From: a virus
Direction: 5' to 3' (one strand)
DNA length: 33,944 nt
Virus record (IMG/VR): IMGVR_UViG_3300045988_039608
Location: 1-33,944 of that record
Position numbers and translations under genes: made by a program. Every line of letters begins with the position of its first letter. Position 1 is the stretch's first letter. The notes below the pieces were generated by a model. That model was not told the DNA's origin. It did not search any database and saw nothing but the letters and a program-made list of their open reading frames with translations. Positions 24,916-30,469 of the stretch are shown here, one piece after another.

Positions 24916-25106
24916 TGAAACTAGAGGATGTAATGACTACACAAGAGGCTGGAGAAAGATGGAATGTACCAGCTGATTCAATTAAGCAATGCTGCTTAAA
25001 GAGATATGCAAATAAACAATTTACCGATGATGAAGCTAGAAAATCGGGAAAGAATTGGCTTGTAACCCGTCAAGGTATGGAAAGGCTATATGGTAAAGAA
25101 GTATAA
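24915..25106 (+). CDS. Small HTH DNA-binding protein (excisionase/MerR-like HTH_17 type)
   Basis: MTTQEAGERWNVPADSIKQCCL...KNWLVTRQGMERLYGK pattern. AGGAG RBS. Confidence 0.6.
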   Translation: MKLEDVMTTQEAGERWNVPADSIKQCCLKRYANKQFTDDEARKSGKNWLVTRQGMERLYGKEV

Positions 25107-25114
25107 ATAAAAGT

Positions 25115-25144
25115 TTGCCTTTTCATCATTTCTTCATGTATGAT
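25115..25144 (+). promoter_or_regulatory. Candidate internal promoter TTGCCT-18-TATGAT ahead of the Panacea gene
   Basis: Read by eye in the 97-nt gap 25107-25203. The hexamers are imperfect. Confidence 0.25.
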
Positions 25145-25203
25145 TAATGAAAGGATTATAAACTAATCTTAACAAAGGTTGTGATGTTAAGGAGGAAAAT
25201 ATA

Positions 25204-25668
25204 ATGAAAGGAAAAGGACAACAAAGTACTATCTATGATGTTGCAAAATACATAGTTGATAACTTTGGACCAATGTCAGCAATGAAGCTACAGAAGTTAG
25301 CTTTCTATTCTCAAGCAATGGCATTAGTGTGGGATGATGTTCCTATCTTTGAAGATGACTTCGAAGCATGGCCAAAAGGTCCTGTTTGTAGAAATCTATT
25401 TCAAACGCATAAAGGTATGTTCATGATTGAGGGTTCAGAGTTTTTAGAAAGTTATGAACCAGATGTAAACAGAATATGTGATGATCATAAAGCTACTATA
25501 AATGCAGTTTGTAATAGTCTTAAAGATGTATCTGGATATGATTTGAGCCAAATGACACATTCAGAAGCACCTTGGGTAGATGCCAGAGGTGGATTACCAG
25601 CTGGTGCACATTGCAATACTATTATTACCAAAGAATCCATGGAAGAGTATTATCAAGGAAACTGGTAA
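25204..25668 (+). CDS. Panacea / DUF4065 (SocA-like antitoxin) domain protein
   Basis: IYDVAKYIVDNFGPMSAMKLQKLAFYSQAMALVWDDVPIFEDDFEAWPKGPVCRNLF matches the DUF4065 signature (KLqKLlYy...AW..GPV). Strong RBS AAGGAGG. Confidence 0.8.
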   Translation: MKGKGQQSTIYDVAKYIVDNFGPMSAMKLQKLAFYSQAMALVWDDVPIFEDDFEAWPKGPVCRNLFQTHKGMFMIEGSEFLESYEPDVNRICDDHKATINAVCNSLKDVSGYDLSQMTHSEAPWVDARGGLPAGAHCNTIITKESMEEYYQGNW

Positions 25669-25669
25669 T

Positions 25670-26122
25670 ATGGCAAATAAAAAAGGCAGAGCATTAATAA
25701 CGAGTTCTGAAAAACCAATCTCTAATAGGCGTAACTTTGATACAGAGTTGTTTAAATGGTCTTTTAAATCATATTACAGTGAACATGAGTGTTGGTGTGG
25801 ATTAGATGGGAATGATGTTATTTCTAATATTATTCATAAATTAGAGGACTATTCTACACAAACTTGGTCTGTAGTGAAATCTGCATCAGGTGGAAAACGT
25901 GAAGGCAATGGGAGTAACAACCACTTTATTCCAGCCACTACATTACCAAAAGAATATCAAGAGAAATATATCAAATCTGGTTACATGAGAGACTTTGAAA
26001 GAGTATTCTCGTTACGATTAACTAGTAGAAAGAGATTAATTGGATATGTATCAAATGGGACTTTTTACCCATTATGGTATGATAATGATCATTTAGTATT
26101 TCCAGTTAAACATAAAAGATGA
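25670..26122 (+). CDS. Uncharacterised 150-aa protein translationally coupled to the Panacea gene; candidate toxin/effector
   Basis: ATG 25670 lies 1 nt after the TAA at 25666-25668. I recognise no family. The C-terminal FSLRLTSRKRLIGYVSNGTFYPLWYDNDHLVFP has a RelE/ParE-like strand pattern (weak impression only). Confidence 0.6.
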   Translation: MANKKGRALITSSEKPISNRRNFDTELFKWSFKSYYSEHECWCGLDGNDVISNIIHKLEDYSTQTWSVVKSASGGKREGNGSNNHFIPATTLPKEYQEKYIKSGYMRDFERVFSLRLTSRKRLIGYVSNGTFYPLWYDNDHLVFPVKHKR

Positions 26123-26255
26123 TAGAAGTTAAAGTCAATTTGATGGTACAGGGGATTTAGAAAAAGCGGCTAATACTTTCATTCAATAAAAGAAAAATAG
26201 CATTTGCCCCTTATTTGCCCCTTTTTAAAATGTAGAGTTAAAATAATGCGGTAGT

Positions 26256-26292
26256 GGTGCGGAGTATTGAGTATAAACCCTCAATCCGCACC
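26256..26292. other. Long imperfect hairpin between the repeat clusters
   Basis: GGTGCGG (26256-26262) pairs with CCGCACC (26286-26292), and ATTGAG (26266-26271) pairs with CTCAAT (26280-26285). There is a 3-nt bulge. Confidence 0.5.
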
Positions 26293-26314
26293 ATTTCTAC
26301 AAGCTAATTAACAG

Positions 26315-26405
26315 ATTGTAACGAATTGTAACAAACAATAACGGACACAGAAGTTATATAGCTATTTGGAAAGGGAAGGAGTAACAAATCGTAACGCATT
26401 GTAAC
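26315..26405 (+). repeat. Helically phased GTAAC repeats (arm-type recombinase/Xis site candidates)
   Basis: GTAAC occurs at 26318, 26328, 26381, 26391 and 26401. Spacing is exactly 10 bp within each cluster (ATTGTAACGAATTGTAAC and GTAACAAATCGTAACGCATTGTAAC). Confidence 0.55.
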
Positions 26406-26473
26406 GATAATTTGCCCCTTTTCTGCCCCTTTAAAAATAAATTATTTGCCCCTTTTATATGAGGGTTGAAAAA

Positions 26474-26506
26474 AGCCACTGCACATGATGCGGTGGCTCA
26501 TTTTTT
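26474..26506. terminator. Bidirectional intrinsic terminator shared by int (-) and the moron operon (+)
   Basis: 9-bp stem AGCCACTGC / GCGGTGGCT (one G-T wobble), with an A-run upstream and a T-run downstream. Confidence 0.75.
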
Positions 26507-27668
26507 ATTTATTTGCAAGTACTTTACCCATATTAGTAATTGCTGCATTTACTTCCTGTTTCATTTCATCTGTAACATGAGTATATATAGCAAGTGTAGT
26601 ACGTGGCTCATTGTGACCAACACGTTCCATAATTGCTTTTAAAGGGACATTGGACTCTGCAAGAATAGATATATGAGTATGTCTAAATGTATGTGTACTT
26701 ACTGGTTTATGAAAACCAAGTTTTTTTATAGTCCTATTTACATAGTGTAGATCATATGGCAAGCCACCGTCTGTTACAAATATATATCCTAGGTCAACAA
26801 ACTTTGATTTCCATAGGCGTCTTGCTTGATTTGCAGTAATAAAATGATTAATGATTTGTACTGCCCTAGCATCTAGCTTTACTTTACGGATAGAATGAAC
26901 ATTCTTTGGGGGTAAACGCATAGATGCATCTGCAAAGCTACCACGATTAGACAGAGTAGCGTTTATATCAATTTCAGCATTTTCAATGTCATAGTCTTGA
27001 GTGCGGAGGGCAACCATTTCACCAAATCTAAGACCAGTTAAAGATTGAAATTCACATAAGAGGGATACATGATGATTAATTTTATCTAATTGTGTAAGTA
27101 AATCTTTTAGTTCGTCTTTAGTTAGGAATTTAGAACGCTGCTTTTTAACATGATCTACATTAGCCACAGGCTTTTGTAGTTCAATATTATCTAAGAATGA
27201 AATATCACGAATATACTCCATGCGCCTTGCATACTTCAATGATTGCCTAATAAGACTAAGAGCAAGCTTAGTATAGTTATATGAATATTGGCAGGCGAAT
27301 TTATCAAAGGTACTTTGGATAATGTAAGGTGATAACTTAGATAATAATATATCAGTAGGGAACCATTTAATAACCTGCTTATGTAAATTATCCATACTAT
27401 ATTGAGTAGATGATTTTCTAAACGCACGCTTTGACTCTAAATATTCAGATATAACATCATTCAATGTCATATCCTTGGCAATGTCCGTATTAGTGGCCAA
27501 GTCAATTTTCTTTTGTAATTCAGCCTGTGCAAGCTTGTATGCTTGCCTACTGTTAGAAGTATAAGTGACGGATACTCTTTTTGTTTTACCACTGTATGTA
27601 TCTGTATAGCGTTCTTGAAATTTATATTTAGTAATACCAGCTTTAGTGGTTATAGTCTCAACCCACAT
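26505..27668 (-). CDS. int: Tyrosine recombinase / phage integrase
   Basis: 387 aa. C-terminal HTFRHTHISILAESNVPLKAIMERVGHNEPRTTLAIYTHV (HxxR ... catalytic Y). N-terminal SAM-like/arm-binding region. RBS GGAGG. Confidence 0.9.
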   Translation of the reverse strand: MWVETITTKAGITKYKFQERYTDTYSGKTKRVSVTYTSNSRQAYKLAQAELQKKIDLATNTDIAKDMTLNDVISEYLESKRAFRKSSTQYSMDNLHKQVIKWFPTDILLSKLSPYIIQSTFDKFACQYSYNYTKLALSLIRQSLKYARRMEYIRDISFLDNIELQKPVANVDHVKKQRSKFLTKDELKDLLTQLDKINHHVSLLCEFQSLTGLRFGEMVALRTQDYDIENAEIDINATLSNRGSFADASMRLPPKNVHSIRKVKLDARAVQIINHFITANQARRLWKSKFVDLGYIFVTDGGLPYDLHYVNRTIKKLGFHKPVSTHTFRHTHISILAESNVPLKAIMERVGHNEPRTTLAIYTHVTDEMKQEVNAAITNMGKVLANK

Positions 27669-27675
27669 TAAAAAA

Positions 27676-27762
27676 ATACCTCCTAGGCTAAAAATGGTAT
27701 AAGAAATAAGCCTTAGAGGTATGGTATAATAATGGTGGAGTAAAAATGAAATACCTCTAAGG
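27676..27762 (-). promoter_or_regulatory. SD-mimic / anti-SD / SD triad in the int leader
   Basis: On the int-sense RNA the order is CCUUAGAGGUAU (27762-27751), AUACCUCUAAGG (27722-27711) and CCUAGGAGGUAU (27687-27676, the int SD). The middle element is 12/12 complementary to the first and 10/12 to the SD. Confidence 0.5.
27722..27730 (+). promoter_or_regulatory. Extended -10 promoter TGGTATAAT on the + strand (antisense to the int leader)
   Basis: Perfect TGnTATAAT. No good -35. Confidence 0.4.
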
Positions 27763-27808
27763 TATGTAGTTTTTAATGGCCCTCACTGCGGTGGGGGCTT
27801 ATTTTTTT
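27737..27808 (+). ncRNA. Hypothetical small RNA of about 70 nt (extended -10 promoter to terminator) carrying an anti-SD for int
   Basis: Inferred from the promoter/terminator pair. It contains AAAUACCUC, complementary to GAGGUAUUU in the int RBS region. There is no expression evidence. Confidence 0.3.
27779..27808 (+). terminator. + strand intrinsic terminator between two minus-strand genes
   Basis: GCCCTCAC (27779-27786), loop TGCG, GTGGGGGC (27791-27798), then TTATTTTTTT. The T-run orientation fits only + strand transcription. Confidence 0.6.
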
Positions 27809-27812
27809 GTCA

Positions 27813-28316
27813 TTATTTAGATAATTGATTAAAAGGATAGACTGTTAATAGAATATCTTTTAATTGATCACGTGCATCATTGAAGTCGCTATCATGCAAA
27901 GATAGATATTCCTTTTTGCCAAACTCACCACGAGAATATAAAAACTCTTTGAATTTAGTAAGCGTAGATTGCAATGTATCAATTTTCTTCTTAATTTTTG
28001 TAATATCAGATTGGTCACTAATATCATTCAATATATCATCAATCTTATCATTATATGCATCTACTTTATTTAGATAGATTTCAGTATCAAAATAAGATTG
28101 TTTTGTATTTGATGATGAAAGAGAAACAGTAGGCTCATTTATTATATTTAACAACTCAAACAGCTGTTCAGCAGTAAGCATATATGGCTCATAGTCTACA
28201 TGTTCTGAAATAGTATTAGAAATATCTATTTGTAATGCATCAATAGTAATCGGATTAAGTCGAATTTCTGGCTTAGGTGTAAAAGAATTTAGCACTGATT
28301 TTAAAAATGAAAACAT
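27813..28316 (-). CDS. Hypothetical acidic 167-aa protein, last gene of the repressor (lysogenic) operon
   Basis: RBS AGGGGGA. No TM segments or motifs that I recognise. It lies between the ImmA-like gene and int. Confidence 0.6.
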   Translation of the reverse strand: MFSFLKSVLNSFTPKPEIRLNPITIDALQIDISNTISEHVDYEPYMLTAEQLFELLNIINEPTVSLSSSNTKQSYFDTEIYLNKVDAYNDKIDDILNDISDQSDITKIKKKIDTLQSTLTKFKEFLYSRGEFGKKEYLSLHDSDFNDARDQLKDILLTVYPFNQLSK

Positions 28317-28334
28317 AATAATTCCCCCTAATAA

Positions 28335-28601
28335 TTAAATATAGTGATGATAAAATTCTATATTCTCTAATAAATCATCAGTAAGTTCTTTGCGCCTTAC
28401 CATATGTTCAATTAAATTAACATGATGATCTATATGAAAATCGTCATTAATGATATGCAGTAATTCATGCTTTACTTCATTACGCATATCTTCAAAAGAC
28501 ATATTTTTGCGAATATAAATATTGTGTACACCTTCATCTTCCCCAACAGATGACACAGCCTTAACATTAGGAATATCACACTCAATAATATTAACAATCA
28601 C
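28335..28601 (-). CDS. ImmA/IrrE-type zinc metallopeptidase, unusually short (88 aa)
   Basis: HELLH (HExxH) motif. GTG start follows GGGGGA. It is immediately downstream of the XRE repressor, as in ImmR/ImmA pairs. Confidence 0.6.
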   Translation of the reverse strand: MIVNIIECDIPNVKAVSSVGEDEGVHNIYIRKNMSFEDMRNEVKHELLHIINDDFHIDHHVNLIEHMVRRKELTDDLLENIEFYHHYI

Positions 28602-28625
28602 TCTCTAACATCCCCCATTATAAGT

Positions 28626-29024
28626 TTATTTGTGTTTAAGTTTGAGTAGTTCTATATATTCTACAGCTTTTTCCATATCCTCCTTAGAGATACCACGAGA
28701 TGCGGAGAATAACATACGCATTTCTGGACGAGTGCGAAGCATTTCCGCATATTCTGCAGTTTCTGCATCTAAATAATAATCTTCTGTTTGAGTAGAGTGA
28801 GAAGTTGTAGATGCTTTATGCGACTCTTGCCAGCCCATTAGATATGCAGGTGTAGTATTTAATGCTTTGGCCAAAGGTTCAAGAACATCAATTGGCATAT
28901 TTTCAATATCACCATTTTCATATCTATATATAGTAGCTCTATTTTTATTTAACAATTTAGCTAGTGCATCTGCAGTATAACCTAGTTCTAATCTACGTTG
29001 TTTAATACGTTCTCCAATTCTCAT
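28626..29024 (-). CDS. XRE-family (CI/ImmR-like) phage repressor
   Basis: N-terminal HTH IGERIKQRRLELGYTADALAKLLNKNRATIYRYENG. It is divergent from the Cro-like gene. Confidence 0.85.
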   Translation of the reverse strand: MRIGERIKQRRLELGYTADALAKLLNKNRATIYRYENGDIENMPIDVLEPLAKALNTTPAYLMGWQESHKASTTSHSTQTEDYYLDAETAEYAEMLRTRPEMRMLFSASRGISKEDMEKAVEYIELLKLKHK

Positions 29025-29053
29025 GTGATAACCTCACTTTCTCCTTTGTTTAC

Positions 29054-29082
29054 ATAATACAATACAATTCGCAAAAATGCAA
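29054..29082 (-). promoter_or_regulatory. Repressor promoter (minus strand TTGCAT-17-TATTAT)
   Basis: -35 is + strand 29082-29077 and -10 is 29059-29054 on the reverse complement. Confidence 0.55.
29068..29082. promoter_or_regulatory. Operator-like imperfect palindrome TTCGCAAAAATGCAA overlapping the repressor promoter -35
   Basis: It shares the TCGCA half-site with the three other palindromes. Confidence 0.4.
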
Positions 29083-29107
29083 CAAATATTTTTAAATAAA
29101 ACATAAA

Positions 29108-29124
29108 TTCGCATAAAATGCGAA
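29108..29124. promoter_or_regulatory. Operator: perfect palindrome TTCGCAT-AAA-ATGCGAA between the divergent promoters
   Basis: 7-bp arms read directly from the sequence. Confidence 0.6.
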
Positions 29125-29132
29125 AAATATTG

Positions 29133-29161
29133 TTGACATGCAAATTTTTATGGGGTAATAT
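29133..29161 (+). promoter_or_regulatory. Early rightward promoter TTGACA-17-TAATAT
   Basis: Consensus -35 at 29133-29138 and -10 at 29156-29161. Confidence 0.7.
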
Positions 29162-29174
29162 CTAGATAAAGGAA

Positions 29175-29190
29175 GTCGCATATAAGCGAC
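29175..29190. promoter_or_regulatory. Palindrome GTCGC-ATATAA-GCGAC in the early leader
   Basis: It is followed by AAATAAGAAAAGG plus the RBS. It is paralogous to the element at 29425. Confidence 0.5.
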
Positions 29191-29214
29191 AAATAAGAAA
29201 AGGGGGGAATAGAT

Positions 29215-29433
29215 ATGGTGAATATCAGAAAGCTGAAAGCTAAATTAGTGGAAAAAGATATTTCCATTATTGAGTTAGCAAATGTACTTGGGATTGATAA
29301 ATCTACAGTATATAGAAAGCTTAATAAGTCTGGGGAAAACTTCACAGTAAAAGATGTTGAAAAAATTTCTAAGGCGCTATCTTTAACATATGATGATATT
29401 AATTCTATTTTTTTTACTGATATAGTCGCATAA
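29215..29433 (+). CDS. Cro-like HTH regulator
   Basis: 72 aa. ISIIELANVLGIDKSTVYRKLNK is an HTH. It is the first gene of the early rightward operon. Confidence 0.7.
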   Translation: MVNIRKLKAKLVEKDISIIELANVLGIDKSTVYRKLNKSGENFTVKDVEKISKALSLTYDDINSIFFTDIVA

Positions 29434-29441
29434 TATGCGAC
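29425..29441. promoter_or_regulatory. Perfect 17-bp palindrome GTCGCATA-A-TATGCGAC overlapping the cro-like stop codon
   Basis: It is followed by AAATAAAAAAGG plus the RBS of the next gene, the same context as at 29175. Confidence 0.55.
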
Positions 29442-29463
29442 AAATAAAAAAGGATGTGTAGTA

Positions 29464-29682
29464 ATGGAAAGTGTTCAACCAAAGTATGTTCCTATTAGCA
29501 CATTAGCTAAGATATGGGGACGCAGCAAAATGTATATCTATAGAAGAATAGATATGATCCGCAATGAAGGTAGATTTAATGAAATCTGTATGCAACTAGG
29601 ACCGCAACAAACGTTAGTACATGTAGAAAAATTTGAAGCATGGATGAAAGGGCAGCACATGAAGTGGCTAAAGGGGGCATAG
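29464..29682 (+). CDS. Excisionase-like HTH protein (HTH_17 type)
   Basis: YVPISTLAKIWGRSKMYIYRRI...VHVEKFEAWMKG pattern. Confidence 0.5.
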   Translation: MESVQPKYVPISTLAKIWGRSKMYIYRRIDMIRNEGRFNEICMQLGPQQTLVHVEKFEAWMKGQHMKWLKGA

Positions 29683-29685
29683 AAG

Positions 29686-29916
29686 ATGAACATTATAAAT
29701 CTAATTACAACCGTGCAATGGTGCTTAGGGATATTAGGGTTAGGACTATATGGAGGAATTGAGCAAGCAGAAGGCTGGCAAATATTAATCAATATGTTTC
29801 TAACACTAACAACTGGCATCACAATTTGGATGTTAGGCAGGGTTAAGGAGGTGATAAAACATGAAAGACAAAAAAGAAAAGGCACTAGACCTACTAAAAA
29901 CATATTTAATGCTTGA
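29686..29916 (+). CDS. Small membrane protein (two TM segments)
   Basis: WCLGILGLGLYGGI and ILINMFLTLTTGITIWMLG are hydrophobic, and the C-terminus is basic. Confidence 0.5.
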   Translation: MNIINLITTVQWCLGILGLGLYGGIEQAEGWQILINMFLTLTTGITIWMLGRVKEVIKHERQKRKGTRPTKNIFNA

Positions 29917-30148
29917 TGATGAAGAAATACAAGTTTTAAGGGAACGAATTACATCAATTAGCGTAAGCAATAAAAGCACAAGTTTAGATTTTACTATTCT
30001 TGCTAATAGATGCGCTATTTTTGTTAAGCGAAAAACAGGGGAATATGTATTACGCATAACAGGTAAAGGCCCAATTAAAGAGTACAAGGTACATCTTGCA
30101 TTAACGGCAAGAGAAATATTGCTTGATGCGGTGATGAATAATGAGTAA
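29861..30148 (+). CDS. Hypothetical early protein
   Basis: Strong RBS AAGGAGGTG lies 7 nt upstream. It overlaps the previous gene by 56 nt. Confidence 0.55.
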   Translation: MKDKKEKALDLLKTYLMLDDEEIQVLRERITSISVSNKSTSLDFTILANRCAIFVKRKTGEYVLRITGKGPIKEYKVHLALTAREILLDAVMNNE

Positions 30149-30320
30149 ACACTGCAGCATATGTGATGAGTGCAATAAAAAAAGCCATGCCTACATACAC
30201 TGTAGACAGGCTAAAGGAATTATATGTATGGAACATTGCGATGCATGCCAATATTTAGAGATTGAACAAGGTGACATGCATTGCAATTATCCTAGGCAAA
30301 AAGAAAAGGCCACTAATTAA
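30141..30320 (+). CDS. 59-aa Cys-rich mini-protein (not in the ORF track)
   Basis: It encodes MSKHCSICDECNKKSHAYIHCRQAKGIICMEHCDACQYLEIEQGDMHCNYPRQKEKATN. Confidence 0.45.
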   Translation: MSKHCSICDECNKKSHAYIHCRQAKGIICMEHCDACQYLEIEQGDMHCNYPRQKEKATN

Positions 30321-30337
30321 AGTAGCCTAATCAAGCA

Positions 30338-30469
30338 CGTAATTACGCACCAAACCTAACGTAATTATATCACACATGGGCATGAAAGACTAGAGAAAAG
30401 CTTATTTCAAGGCTTTTCTTATTAACTAGATATAACATATTAACAAATCAACCATGGGGAGTAATTACG
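30338..30469 (+). promoter_or_regulatory. Candidate replication origin region upstream of rep
   Basis: GTAATTA motif occurs three times: the 10-bp palindrome CGTAATTACG at 30338-30347, plus 30361-30367 and 30461-30467. There is a hairpin at 30395-30418. AACTAGATAT at 30424-30433 resembles the CTTGATA-type nick core. Confidence 0.4.

Larger units (their letters stand above)
26202..26454 (+). repeat. attP-like region with five direct copies of (A/T)TTTGCCCCTT
   Basis: Copies lie at 26202-26212, 26213-26223, 26410-26420, 26421-26431 (TTCTGCCCCTT) and 26444-26454. The region is noncoding and adjacent to the int 3' end. Confidence 0.6.

Noticed and set aside
25580-25669. Upstream extension of the candidate toxin ORF (start at 25580)
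   Set aside because: The extension overlaps the Panacea gene out of frame. ATG 25670, directly after the Panacea stop, is the natural coupled start.
26256-26292. Possible tRNA 3' fragment (attP core) ending in ...TCAATCCGCACCA
   Set aside because: I tried to fit a T-arm, acceptor stem and CCA. The would-be T-loop does not match the TTCRANY consensus and the stem lengths do not fit. I kept it only as a hairpin.
26202-26454. Possible CRISPR array, suggested by the direct repeats
   Set aside because: The repeats are only 11 bp, partly tandem without spacers, and irregularly spaced. The pattern fits recombinase arm sites, not CRISPR.
29538-30087. Minus-strand ORFs of 121 and 84 aa in the early operon
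   Set aside because: They are antisense to tightly packed + strand genes with strong RBSs. The translations are Cys/Phe/Ile-rich, typical of AT-rich antisense frames.
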